A stretch of 63,904 nt of DNA, counting the filler, from Pelomyxa schiedti (taxonomy: Eukaryota; Protista; Evosea): the NCBI GenBank assembly GCA_020536535.1. It is 9 parts of 9 records of this genome, joined end to end, with 100 filler letters (N's around TTAATTAATTAA, not from the genome) between each part and the next. Parts side by side here need not be neighbours in the genome. Positions count along the whole stretch, not along the records: positions 1 to 20,037 come from JAHLWZ010001097.1; positions 20,138 to 21,533 come from JAHLWZ010002539.1; positions 21,634 to 22,712 come from JAHLWZ010002874.1; positions 22,813 to 40,642 come from JAHLWZ010001125.1; 5 more parts are not named here. The stretch is one strand, 5' to 3'. Of this stretch, positions 12,902-26,011 are shown one piece after another. Under the pieces are notes generated by a model that saw only the letters and a program-made list of their open reading frames with translations, made no database searches and was not told the DNA's origin. How positions within the stretch are numbered: the stretch's first letter is position 1; the number at the start of each line of letters is the position of its first letter. The position numbers and the translations under genes are program-made.

Positions 12902-15246
12902 ATGAGTGTGGGAGGATCGGAAGGTTTGCGGACAGCAGTTTCACATAGAGAAAACGTCAAGGTTCATGGAGTAGACCCCACTGAGTTGAGGAAGCGACGT
13001 GTAGACGAATGCACCGACGTCAATAAAAAGCTGCGACACGAGGCAGTCAACGGTTCCCGACTCCTGGATTCACAAAATGTTGGCTGCAGCTTTAAAGTAT
13101 TTATCTTTTTTTTTTATTGGCTGTTCATGGATTCATAGAGCCTGAGAGCAATGGCCGAGGCCTGCAGGAGCCCCAAAAGAGAGTTATGCCTCCTCGGTGC
13201 TACGGGCATAAGGAAACTTCTTCACGCTGGTATACTTATGCAAGCAAAATCTTTATTAATTAATTCTTCAGAAGCAACCTCGCATGATGCACTCATTGAG
13301 ACCGGAATACTACCCAGCATTACGCAATTTCTTACAGTTGTTGATGTTAATTTGAGAGATTTTATTCATACTTTATGTAGAGTGACAGCTCTGATTTGCA
13401 AATGGAAGGTAACTCCACTTTCGGTTCCTTCATAATTTAACTGCCTTTTTCAGCTGCTTTGATTCTTGCTGATGGTATTTGATTTACTATTACCAATTTA
13501 TTGGAGTTCTAAACGATTTAGTCACAAGAGGGTCATCTAAAACCATAGAATTAATCGTAGCACCTTCTGTTTTAATCTATTGTCTCTCGATTGACACACC
13601 TGAATTCCTTGAGCAAGTATGTAAAATTGAAGAGCCTTTTGTTGAGCTCAACAGCCTTCTCTTACAGATTGTTCTGGCCTTAGGAAACATTGCTGGTGAT
13701 AGCAATTACAGTAGGAATATGGTGGTACGAGAGGGAATAATGCATCCTTTACTGAGAATCGTAGGTTATCCATTTCAACTTTCTTCAAACTCATGTTTCC
13801 AAATTTATACAGATAAGTGTGGACTTCAGGTTCCCGGTGCTGATTAAGAATGTTACTTGGTTGCCTTTTTATATTATATTTTATCCTGGTAACGCTATAA
13901 TTTAGGGCTCTAGCCAATATTTTTCGTTACCATGACCCAGGTTTATCCTTTAAAAGTTGGCTTAGCTTTAATCAAGGGAAAAAACAAAGCCCCTGAGTTC
14001 GAAGCAGTAGAAGGTGCTCTATTACAATTGCACACCCTATTGGTGGTGAGTTGTACTCATAAATTTTGCAAGTTTTTATTAACCGTTCAAGTTTCCGGAC
14101 TTTACCGTTCAAATAGAGGCCCTTTGGTAATTTTTACTACTTTGTTTTTTCGTACAATAAAGAACTTATTTGACACAGGTGCGTGTATTTTGCCGTACGA
14201 TGCGGAAAGAAATTTGTAAACTCCAGGGAGTTGGAATTTCTATCCTAATTTACAACAGTTAAAGGTTTTGATTAAAACGGGTGTGTTACATCTTGTTGTA
14301 CCCTTTGCAAATTGCACAGATATTGATTTTGCTTCGCCGGCCATGGGGTGCGTTTTGCTCTCCTTTATTATTTACATTGATTCTCATCAGGATTTTTGGA
14401 CATGTTCCTTGCACTTTCCTCATTTTTGTTATAAAGCTTTCAATAGGTTGTTTGTAGTGACCAATATCCTAAAGCTGTCAAGGAAGGAGCTATAGAAACA
14501 TTTCTCCATTGGTTGAACAGTGGCGAAAAAGCCCTGCAGCAAGAGGCAGCCCGTGGCTTTCGCAATCTCTGTACACATATGTTTGTAGGATGAACATGAG
14601 TGAAAGTTACTCATAAGATACAGATCACAGCTTGTGGATCTGGAAAAAAGCGGTGCTATCAGAGCTCTCTGCCGAAAGTGCACCAGTGAAATGGAGTTCA
14701 CAATTAGAAAAGAGTGTTGCATTGCCATATGCAATGCAATTGCTTGTCGGAGTAAAGAAATCATTGCCTCTATAGTTTCCGCAGAAGGAGTACTAGGTAC
14801 ACTTTGCAAACACACACATTATAACTGACTTGCCTCCAGATTCTATGAGGGCACTGTTAAAGTGTGGGGATGAGGAATTGGTGTGCTTGCTGCTGGGGGG
14901 ATTAAATAACTTACTGATATACAATCACGTGGAGGAACAGGAGGGGCACATTCCAGCTCTTGAAGTACTGAACAATTTTTTGTGCCACACTCACACTTCC
15001 AAGGAGGCAGATGTTGCGGACTCCATATCTGATCTTCTCAAGGAGGTAGGTATCACAAAACCACTTTGTTGCCTTAACATTTTCTTAAAGAGACCACCTA
15101 AATCAATAGCAGCCCTTGCACAGGACCTACTTGAGCGCTTCTTTGCAGAAGATGGAATGACTGTTGAAACCCCCACCTCAACGTGCTTCTGTTTCACCCC
15201 TCCAACATGTTCGCCATTCCCCAATCCCAGACCATCCACATCCTAG
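12902..15246 (+). CDS. Importin alpha (karyopherin alpha)-like, divergent
   Basis: IBB-like ELRKRR...KKLRHE; ARM repeats IVLALGNIAGDS, KNVTWALAN, IRKECCIAICN; many short introns. Confidence 0.8.
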
Positions 15247-15696
15247 TAGTAATGGAAAAGACAATTCCTTCACAACCGTCTTTTTTTAGAAACTTGAATG
15301 GTATCAGTAGAAACATGCGTCATTCCTGCAACAGAATGGATGGGGTACCTTGCCCGTGCTTGTACTGTTTGTCAGATAAGATGGCTTGCATTCCCATTAA
15401 CTTCATCAGAGATCATAGGTAAACTTCGCCTAAGTTACTGTTTGATGTCATCATTCACTCGAGAGCAGTTGTTTCTGGACAACTCCAGGGCGAATGGACC
15501 TCCTATCGCTGCAGTTCATGCTCAATATGTCGCAACCAGTCCTTCACTGGTTTGTTAGGTCCATCAAAACAGGTTGTTGATGGACATGGTCTCATTACAC
15601 ATCTAAATTTTTGACCAATTTTGCCCTTATAAACAATGTGCAACACAAACTCTTTAAAATCACAAACAAACAACGTGAGGCGAGGCGCACATTAAG

Positions 15697-18600
15697 ATGA
15701 GCGACAAGAAAACCCGCCCTCCAACAACCCCTACCACGCCCACCACAAATAAAAAGCCAACGAGCAAGAGCGACGCCAGCGACGAGGCCGACGAGATACC
15801 CAATGACCCTCACATGAGCGACTCCAGCAGCTCAAGCACCGACTCGGAGGACGCAGGCCCAACTTACTACCCCAACAACCACGCGAAGGCGGTGGCTCGT
15901 CGCGCTCGTCGAAGCGGTGCGGTGGCACCTAGCACGCCGTCTATGACAACGCGTAGTTCGACGCCTAAGAAATCCGCAAAAAAAACCCCAAAGAAACCCG
16001 CATCAACCCCCGAGAAATCCGTATCATCAACCCCCAAGAAACTTGAACCCGAATCACTTCTGATCGGCCTGGATCTGAAAGCAGACTTCTGTCTCTTGCT
16101 GACCAACTTTAGCAGCCGTGGGGAACTAGCGGGCGTCCTTCCGGGGTCTTGGAAGATACTCCTATCTGCAGTCAGAGAAGCTCGCCTGCTTACTCAGATG
16201 TGGCTGAACGGGGAAATCTGTCAGAACAAAATCATCAAGAGGCTCGCCGAATTCATCAAGACGCACGAGGCCTTCACAATTCCAGACGACCTGCAGCAGC
16301 ACTACAGTACGAAGGTGTGGGACAAGAGGTACGGTCACAATCGTGCCCTAATCAAAAACTGCGTACCGTCGAAGTCCTCCCTTATACTTGAGGTCGCTAT
16401 CAGGCTGCAGCAGAACGGACTTTTCAACATCGACAGAGAAATACCCGATGAGCCGACGGGAGTGGCGCGGTGCGATCCTATTGTCAACGAAGTTGGGCCG
16501 AATACGAGGTACAAGGAGAAAACTGTCAAATGCCACTGGGTCTCTACACCAAGCACCGGCTTCAAGAAGTCCACTAGGCTCTTCTTCCGATCCGAAGAGT
16601 TCAACAGGGTTGGAAATGCCATGACCAGTAGTCACACTGCCAAGAACACCGTTTGGACTGTCTTTGGCACCTATGGTATGTAATGTGAAAATCCTCACAA
16701 TTAGACTAATACAGAGCTTGCAGGTTCTGGAAAAAGCACTGCTGTGCGTGAGCTGTCAAACACATTCCACTTAAAATTGTGGGAAGCTGGTGACAAATTT
16801 CCAATTGAACGTTTGTGGCCAATAAATGGGTATAAACCTCCTCTTCACAATCATGTGGCATCCTTCCATATCCCTACTTTTCTAGAGAGAGGCCGCTTAT
16901 CTCGGAATTACGACAGTTGAATGGGGATGGTACAATCTTAGTGTGGCTCAAGCTTGATGAACTGGGGGAGGTACACCCTATGTCCCTATTTCCTAACCTT
17001 ACGTTTCCAAAGAGTTTTCGTAAGTACACGGACTTATTTGCCGGCATTAAGGCCTTGACACAACTCCCATCTGTAAGGGTGATAGTAACGGGGTTAGATG
17101 ACTCTGTGTGCAGGTACTCCCCTGAAAATGACTTACAATTTGATAAAACTTTACTGGTATGTGGCATTCCCTCTTTTCTACCCAGTGAATTCACAGCTCA
17201 CAGGCAGCTGGGTCATCACCCAAGGAGATAATATGGGCGTTGGATCATTTCTTTGGGAAAAATTCACCCATCTTTGGCAAGTTGGATAGAGAACTAGTGA
17301 GTGTCCTTTTTTTTCTTCTCCAGCTGTAACAAAAAGACAGGCAGGGGCAATACTTTGCGGGCCATGGATCATTTTGGAGTTCTTTTTACACACGTTTCCC
17401 CCACCTCCAGGTTTTTTCATTTAATACCAATTAGAGCTTGGGTGGCAAACCCTTTTGACACACTGTTTACTCTGCTTGAAAACGCATATGCTGAATACGA
17501 AAGCTTCTGGCGCCGCCAAAATAACATAGTTGAGTCAAAAATGCAAACAACTGCCATTTGTAAAGCTATTCACAACCCTGACAACCCAATTATTAAAATT
17601 GACCACTTGGCCTACATACTTATTCAAAGTGAAAGTAAAGGTTTAGTGTTCACATGCCATTATGAAAACTTTAAGCACTCCTTTCAGGTCTTCAGAAGTT
17701 GATGAAATTACACAACTCAGAGATCCCCTGTGAACCCTTATGCAAGGCGGGGCTATTCACAAAATTGCAAGACGACGGCATTGCTGTGTTGCCACCATGT
17801 CATTTTGTCACGCGAGTCTTGAATACTACTGCAGAACAGACATTCTTTGTATGATAGAAACTTATCTTGACTCCACCCCTAATCCTCTGTATCACTAAGC
17901 AACACCCGGTTTTGTACCTCTTCTCTGGTTTAAAAGAGGCCAGTGGTCAAATTTACGAACTCCTATGGGCATTCGAATTCCTTCATTCAAGCAGCCCTAT
18001 ATATAGGAAGATTTTCAAGAACAGCAAATACGTTGTGGATAAAGGTTTCCGTTTGGAGTGAGTATTGCACTAAAATGTATATCAAAAAAGGTTTGAAGAG
18101 GCGCATCATGCCCTTCAACAAAATTGAAAACGAAACGGACCTAGAAAGGCTACTCCAGAAACTTCGGCGTCACCAGTGCATTGGTTGGGTTTTTGACAGA
18201 AAAGCTAAGACTTCACACAAGCTTGATTTCATGTGCTATGGTCTCCACGGTCTAAGCCTTCCCCCATTGAAATGTAAGCTAATTCTGCTCCAGACCTGAG
18301 TGAAAACGGTCCAGAGGGGAATTCCGTACCCGTTGTGATACAGATAACGCGTAATCAATCTCCTTCTCAGCTGAGAAAAAAGTGTAGAGACTTCTTTCTA
18401 CAGGTGGCAAAATACAAATGTGATAGTATGTCCCTTATATCTAACAATTCTCTTTTAAAACAAAACATAAAAAAAGTGCGTATTGTATTCATATCTGACA
18501 AAAATTTCGACCCTGACGAAGACTGTGTAACACTCCTGAAGGGAGAATTTCCTGATGTATATCACTTTCCTTTCTCCATTAAGCCGAGGCATGACATTCT

Positions 18601-18824
18601 TCAGATACCCGGCATTGACACAGATCACGAGCACGTTTTCCAAGTTATAGCTGGAGACCAACTTGCCGATACTATGAATAGTACTTTGCTACTCAGTTCC
18701 CCAGCTTATATGGTAGAGGAACCCATAGGTGTGGAGGCAGTGCTGTAGTTTTTCATGGACTAACAAAAATTGCATAGATCTCAGTGAAATGGAAAAGCTG
18801 CAAAAAAGTATTGGAAGCAACTAA
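15697..18824 (+). CDS. P-loop NTPase + PD-(D/E)xK-like nuclease protein (Crinkler/RHS-like architecture)
   Basis: Splicing gtatgt...gcttgcag gives Walker A VFGTYGSGKST; Walker B ILVWLKLDE; VRVIVTG; C-terminal GQIYE...LDFMCY...IQIT nuclease-like motifs. Confidence 0.55.
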
Positions 18825-19800
18825 GTTTTATACTTTGAATATCTAAATCCTGACCAGGCGTTGCCGATTTCTGTGCCTACAAACCCAATGAACGCTGGAG
18901 CCAAGCACCAGGAGGGCTTTGTTCAACCCCAAAAAGGAAATCCAAGCTGGGGCAAGATTATGTACCTCAGGCCCACCAACAACTAGAGGCAGCTATACCG
19001 AGAAATCTCCGGAACAGTCCGGTAAAACCATCTGCTTCTGCAACCTATCAACCAAGAAAAGGTACTTCGAACATAATCCACACTACTCACTCAAACACAT
19101 TCAGATGACACTAGAGTATGGGTATATGGCCTTCCTGCAGGGACACAACCAGAAAATCTGTGTGCTGTGTTTGAGAAATATGGTCGTGTCGTGAGTGCAT
19201 ACATTCGTGAGACTATGGGTGAGCAGACCCAGAACACTACCACTCCTTACACAACTCAGGGATTGTGACCTTTGCCACCATGACTGGGAAGCAGGAAGCC
19301 CTTGCCAATACTACCACATTTGACTCCATAGTACTCCGTGTGGAATAAACCTGAAGGAACAATTACAAAACCCTGAGAACAATCCAAATTCTACAAACCC
19401 AATGATACCTTATTCAACACTCAATTTCTCAACCAATTTAACTACCATTGTGATCTTCTGAAAATTCTACACAGGGGAACGGTACCGGAGGTGTCAAGCT
19501 TCACTGTGATTTCGAATCACACCCAGAGTGGGTTCCAAGTTGTTCCCAAAGGGTGGTCTCAAAATGGGAAAAAACACTACCCAAGTGGAGAAAGTGGAGG
19601 TAAAATCACAACGGGCTCGATGTGGGAGCTCCCAATGTGGACACACAGTGGTCCCCGGTGGTCCCTGTTTCAGCCCCTCTGCCCCATGTACTTTCTGAAA
19701 GCAAATAATTTTTTTTCTGTTGCCTGAAGAGGAAAACCAACTTCAGGCCAGGAATGGAAGCGTGGAGTGCAGGAGCCCAGTGGGGTGGTGGGGTGTGTAG

Positions 19801-19905
19801 GAGTGAGAGAGCGAGTGTGAGAGCGAGCGAGAGAGCGAGTGAGAGCGAGAGCGTGAGCGTGAGAGTGCGAGAGTGCGAGAGCGAGTGAGAGAGAGAGCGA
19901 GAGCA
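19801..19905. repeat. Imperfect (GA)/(GAGC/GAGT) microsatellite
   Basis: gagtgagagagcgagtgtgagagcgagcgagagagcgagt... Confidence 0.85.
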
Positions 19906-20037
19906 AGGGCAAGGGGTGTTAGTGCCGAGGTGAAGTGGGTGGAGGCGGAAGTAAAGCCTGACATTGCACTCTGTTCATCAGCCCTTCTGGCATCCAGGGT
20001 CCTGTTGTCGTTGAGTGGGGTGATGTTAAAAAGGGAA

Positions 20038-20137
20038 NNNNNNNNNNNNNNNNNNNNNNNNNNNNNNNNNNNNNNNNNNNNTTAATTAATTAANNNNNNN
20101 NNNNNNNNNNNNNNNNNNNNNNNNNNNNNNNNNNNNN
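20038..20137. other. Artificial contig linker N44-TTAATTAATTAA-N44; also at 21534-21633, 22713-22812, 40643-40742, 49311-49410, 50671-50770, 53092-53191, 61728-61827
   Basis: Identical 100-nt N-flanked linker carrying stop codons in all six frames. Confidence 0.98.
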
Positions 20138-21533
20138 TACGTGAGGTATTAATTCAGTTAACGTCTCCTGAATCCTAAGATCAATTAAAATAGATTGCAG
20201 CAGGAAAGAACGTAATTTATGTCACAACACAAGAGGGATTTCTACTTGGAGCCTCCAATGACTCAAGCACTCCGCGACGCACCGCTGCTTGCCAATGGTA
20301 GTGACAACTCTGTCATTTCCACAATAGCACGTGAAATTGACGCACGGGGCGGATGTGCAAATGTGACCGAATCTACACAATTCCGTGTGCAAGTGAACGG
20401 GAGCACCTACACGGTAGCAATAGCTCGTATGTCAAAAGAAGTCTCTTCGTTTTGAATTCACATTTTTTTTTTGTTTCTGTTTTTCAGATGTTGAGGCTGG
20501 ACAGCGAGTCTGGTGTGGATATGCGGCTATTCCGAGCTCTGAAATGATGAAGACCATTGAGGGGGGAAAAAGGGTCACCGTCATTGTGTTTGTGTGCAGT
20601 GTGGTGATCAGCCTCGCAATGGCGGTGTGCTTGTCAGTGTTTCTCTTTCTGCCTTTGCGAAACCTTGCAAGGGGTAAGCCACCACACACTCAACATCGTC
20701 CTTATCTCAACGTTATCAGATATGCGGAACCTGTCCCAACTGAGGTTCAAGCCCCTTGGAAGAACCGCCGGCTTCTTCACAGAGCTGCGTTCCATGCTCC
20801 GGGATTACATGGCGATGAAGCAAGGAATCCATGCTTTTAGCAGGTGGGTGTTGCTGGCAGTCTGTTAGTCAGGTTAATACTGTCGATAGGTATGTCTCTG
20901 CAGGTGTGGTTCGTCAACTCCTGGAAGGTGATAATAAAATGTCATCGCTTTACCTTGAAAGGCACACTGTCACTGTATGTACTCCCACCTTTTTTTCCCT
21001 GACTCAAAGAAAGATTGTTTTCATGGATGTAGTTGGGTTCACCAGCTTGTGTGAGGTATTCATCTCAATTTAAAACTCCTTGCTGATTGGTACAGAAACT
21101 AGCACCAAGTACTTTGGTCACCCTCCTCAGTGTGTTCATGCAAAGAATGTGCCAAGTGCTTATTTCCGAAGGTGCAACAGTAGATAAGTTCATTGGGGTA
21201 TACATTGCACAGCTCATTCATAGCTTTACGCTGAAGTGTCAATAGGATTGCATCATGTCGTTCTGGAATCATCCCCACGCGTGTGAGGACCATACATTCA
21301 AGGCAATAAATGCAGTTCTCAGGTGCTATAAGGAACTGGCCGAACTCAACAAAGAAAATGTTGCCAAGGTTACATATGTCCCCTCAAATCCATACAGAAA
21401 ACTGAAAATTTCCAGGGTCTCCCCGAACTTCAGTTCCGGGCAGGAATAAACACCGGGGCTGTATTGGTGGGGAACTTTGGATCACCAGATAGGTTTGACT
21501 ACACGGTCCTTGGTGATACTGTCAATGTTGCCG
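20138..21533 (+). CDS. Class III adenylate/guanylate cyclase with TM helix and HAMP-like linker (partial, truncated by contig ends)
   Basis: [63 protein letters not shown] after splicing. Confidence 0.9.
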
Positions 21534-22030
21534 NNNNNNNNNNNNNNNNNNNNNNNNNNNNNNNNNNNNNNNNNNNNTTAATTAATTAANNNNNNNNNNN
21601 NNNNNNNNNNNNNNNNNNNNNNNNNNNNNNNNNTCAATGTTTCACAATCAACAGTAGATTTGGCACCCATAAGTGCATGTGGGTAAATGTCGAATCTGCC
21701 TCAGGTTACTGAAACTACAGGGTCTTGTTGGACATCCAGCCCCAGTGAAGGTTGCAATGAACATTGCACTGTGTTGATTTAAGACCACTTTTATGGCATT
21801 CATACATGTGTCTCAATGACTCTTGACCTTTATTTGGCCTCAAAAACATCCACAGGAAAACAGGTTTTTTGCTATCTAGGTACCAAGAAAAATACCAATC
21901 ACATAAAGATTGTAATAGTCATCACAACAAAAATAATTCTTCCTGATAGACATTATCACACAGCAATCAAATGGGAATGAGGGGTATCAAAGTGAAGAAG
22001 CAAAAAAAGTAAAAAACAAAAGAGTTTGTG

Positions 22031-22712
22031 AGGCTGTCAGGCTGTCCTGAGCAGCAACGTGGAGAGGGAACAGCAGGTGACGGGTGGGGCTGTGTCGTGT
22101 GCGCAGGGGACGACTGGGTGTGAGAGACAGGCGACATGGTTGTGCCACCTGGCTGTGCTTTTGGGTCCACTTGCTTTTCTTGCATTTTGACACCACACCC
22201 AATGAACTCGATGTTCATGAGGTGCACCCCATGCCAAACAGTAAACCAGCACCCCTCACAACAACTGAAGAATTGGAACGAGTGTCTCTGTGGGGCCCAA
22301 ACGCAGCTTTTGGTGTGTCGAGCCCCACTCTCACTCATTTGACAGTGCCATTTGGCTGTCTTACATATTTAAGGTGTGACTAGGGTACTTGTTTTGTGGT
22401 TAAGATGAATGGCTTAGTCGTTTAGAACTTGAACCCCAGGGCTCTAGAAGCTATGAGGTCGCAGGTTCAATTCTGACCGGGTCCATCCTAACTTTTGTTT
22501 TTATTTTTTTCCTCTTCAAAAAAGAAGAAGAAAAAAAATAAGGAAAATTCGCCGAAAATTCCAAAATTTTGGCGCCAAAAAAACCAAAGGCAGGCTGTCA
22601 GGCTGTCCTGAGCAGCAACGTGGAGAGGGAACAGCAGGTGACGGGTGGGGCTGTGTCGTGTGCGCAGGGGACGACTGGGTGTGAGAGACAGGCGACATGG
22701 TTGTGCCACCTG
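22031..22712 (+). repeat. 121-bp direct repeat (22031-22151 and 22592-22712)
   Basis: Identical aggctgtcaggctgtcc...gtgccacctg; the second copy ends exactly at the contig end. Confidence 0.9.
22403..22485 (+). pseudogene. Degenerate tRNA-like / Pol III A-box and B-box element
   Basis: tggcttagtcgt (A-box-like) and gaggtcgcaggttcaattc (variable arm and T-loop-like); the acceptor stem does not pair. Confidence 0.3.
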
Positions 22713-22812
22713 NNNNNNNNNNNNNNNNNNNNNNNNNNNNNNNNNNNNNNNNNNNNTTAATTAATTAANNNNNNNNNNNNNNNNNNNNNNNNNNNNNNNN
22801 NNNNNNNNNNNN

Positions 22813-23245
22813 TGTGAAACTTACTCACAAAGATGCAATCCAATCCAGCAGGTGCAGCAGGAATAAATCCAGACATGCACTGGCAGTTCCAGTCACATCC
22901 ATAGCCCTGCAGCTCACATTGCTCATCACCTGACACAACAGAATCCCCACATGATTCCCCTACTGCTAGAAATCAATCTGGCACTACTAGATTTTTACAC
23001 ATGGTTTTTTTTCATTAAGTTGAAGATCAACAGTAATCCCGAATTATGGGCAGACCTGCTGGCGTGCACCAACAAACGAGAACCGTGGTGATCATCACCA
23101 GGGCACCCCAAAAGAACTGCTTCATCGTCGAAAAGACGCAAAATAATCACTCTGAAATTAAAATCCAGATGGCTCCTCAACAACACAGAGAATGGAACTG
23201 GCTTTCCCTGTTGTTGTATTGGTGTGTCTTATGTAAGTGTATCTC
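22813..23245 (-). CDS. Cys-rich repeat surface protein, partial
   Basis: SCGDSVVSGDEQCELQGYGCDWNCQC resembles Myxococcus-type Cys-rich repeats; truncated by contig end. Confidence 0.4.
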
Positions 23246-23315
23246 AATCCTGGATCAGTTTTTTTTCTCACAGTTGTCCTGGACTGAGAATCTTAATTCA
23301 AGAACGCGAAATTTA

Positions 23316-25909
23316 ATGTCGTTACGGGTTGTAGTAGTGGTGTCTACAAAGACGGGTTTGTAGTCGACGGCACATAAACTGCGTAGATCCACGACGCACT
23401 GCTTGTGGTTCCTCTGATTATTTTTTTTTAACTACGTGTTTGTTTCGAACACACAGGCACTGGACGTGCGCTTGGCGACAAGTTCTGCGCCTCGGGTTGT
23501 GGTGCCTTTGGTGGATCTGTTGATTTCTGCCTCGTTGACTGCGCTGATTTTGTACACACCGTTTTGCTGCACCCACGGGCGCCACCTTGTGTTGCCTCTG
23601 GTTCCACAACTACTCCTGATTGCAGCTCTACATTCTCCTCAACTTCACCTTCACCTTCCACTTCCACTTCCACTTCCACTCCCACTCCCACTTCTACGCC
23701 CGTTGAAACTTCTGGAGTGTCACTCGAGGTGCCGCGGAGTCTCTCTTCTGATGCGAGCAGGGGCGACTTTTATGTGTTTATGATTTCTACTGTTGGTGCT
23801 GGACAGCCTCCAGATTCCGGCAGGGCGCTGTTCTCGTTTTTGTCTCAGCAGGTCGAAGGCGCCAACTCCTCGTGCGCATCTACTTCTCTACAAAGTGGAT
23901 GTGACCAACCGACAGTATCATCGTCTGCGACTACTGCTCCTTCTGTTTTACAGCGGCACAAAGTTCTTCAACGTATTTTTATCTCTAGTTTGCTGCCCCG
24001 TTTCCTCACCACCTTACCTTCAAGACCTCCAGTACTGTGTGTTTGCTATCGGGAATTCTACGTATCCACCGGCCCAGTTTTGTGCCGCAGGACGGAAATT
24101 GGACCATATGCTGTTCACACTTGGTGGGCAGCGAATATATCGCCTTGGAATTGGTGATACTGCAAAAGATGTCGACAGTGCCTTTATTTCTTGGCTGAAA
24201 CCTGTCCTAATATCTCTCACAAAGTTGCGTGGTATGTCTTTGTAATTGCTTGTTCCTGTTTCCCTGTATTTTCAATTGCCTCACCTGTTATTGCTATTGC
24301 ACCAACATTTTCCTGCAGATCATGTGAGGCTTTACTGCAAAACAATTCACAAGACGAAGTAACTGCTACCGAGGTCAGTGACGACGAAGAACAAGGTACT
24401 ACTGAATCCAGTGGAACCCACGATATCGAGGACTCTGCCAGTCCAAGTATGTAAATCCCGATCACCCTGTTTTGTGCGAGCTCACAAAGAAAAAAAGATG
24501 TTATGATTACTCCTTCTCAGAAACGTGTACTTACAAAGGAAGGCTACACGGTAATTGGGACTCACAGTGCAGGAAAGCAGTGCCGTTGGACAAAAAATGC
24601 ACTCCGAGGCCGGGGCTTGTGTTACAAGTACACTTTTTACGGGATAAAATCTCACCAAGTACACATTGCCTAAGTTAAAATAGTTAAAAGCATAACATGT
24701 CATCAACTATTAACCTCCCATCACTTAGTGTATGGAGTTCACCCCAGCACTTGCCTGTGCAAATAAATGTATTTTTTGCTGGAGGCACCATAATAACCCT
24801 GTTGGGACAGAATGGATATGGAAGGTAGTCCTGGCACAACGATTCTTCACTCATTCATCATTCCGTAGGTTGATGACCCAGCAATGCTGGTGGAGCAAGG
24901 TATCCAAGCCCATCGCGACATGGTAAAACCCCTCAAGGGTGTTCCTGATATAGTAATGGTGTGTACATTCTATTCAAACACCCTACTGATACACCCGCAG
25001 TCTCGCTATGAAGAAGCGTTTAATGTTCGGCATTGCGCCTTGAGTCTTGTTGGGGAGCCTATCATGTACCCGCGAATCAACGAGTTCATCAGCATTTTGC
25101 ATAGCAAAGGAATTTCCACGTTCATGGTTACTAATGCACAGATGCCCGATGCACTCCAAGCTTTGCAGGTATTTGAGTCACCCATCTCGAATTTAGGTAA
25201 CAAAATTTCAAAAAGCCGGTCACACAACTTTATCTCAGCATTGATGCTGCCCGCCGGGAAACTCTTCAGGCCATTGATCAACCGTTGTTTCCTGATTTCT
25301 GGGAACGTTACCTTGCCTGCATAGACATTGTTGCCAATAAAAAGCAACGGACTGTGTTCCGCCTCACAGTTGTGAAGGAGTGGAACATGGATCCACCTGC
25401 TGACTACGCGGCGCTTGTGAAGCGGTACACCTAGTTGTTCCTGGTTAGAGTCTCACTATAATTTAGAGGGAAACCCCATTTTGTTGAAATCAAAGGAGCC
25501 ACATATTGTGGGGGTAAATACAACCCATTATCACTTGCAAACATCCCCTGGCACGATGAAGTGCTTGCTTTTGCCAAGTAACCTCACTCTTTCAACAATG
25601 ATTAAACTCAAATTGCACAGGCAAATAGAAACGGAACTTGGTGGCGAGTATGAGCTTGTGTCAGAGCACATGCACTCCTGCTGCGTTCTTCTTGCACACA
25701 AGTCTCTCAAAAGGTTCACTCCAAGCAGTCAGGCAGTATGGCAAACTTGGATTGACCAGGATGCCTTCATGCGTTTGGCGAACACACCTAATAACACCCA
25801 CTTCACAGCGGCAGACTACTCAGTTGCCTTGCCGCAATGGGCAGAATTCAACCCAACCACTGGAACACGTGGTCTCTCCCCACTAGACCACAAGGTCTCA
25901 CATTCATGA
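23316..25909 (+). CDS. TYW1: tRNA wybutosine-synthesizing protein 1 (flavodoxin + radical SAM)
   Basis: Flavodoxin STKTG...YCVFAIGNSTY; GTHSAGKQCRWTK, CYKYTFYGIKSHQCME, CANKCIFCWRH, HCALSLVGEPIMYP, VEIKGATYCG. Confidence 0.93.
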
Positions 25910-26011
25910 TGCTCAATTAGCCCATACACCCACAAAAAAAAGGGTGTATGGAAAGATAATTCTACATTTTACACTTCATATTTCTACAATAGGGGGTGTT
26001 TGGGCTGTTGT

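Noticed and set aside
22031-22712. CRISPR-like or LTR interpretation of the direct repeat
   Set aside because: Only two long copies, no spacer array, no TG...CA ends and no gag/pol sequence.
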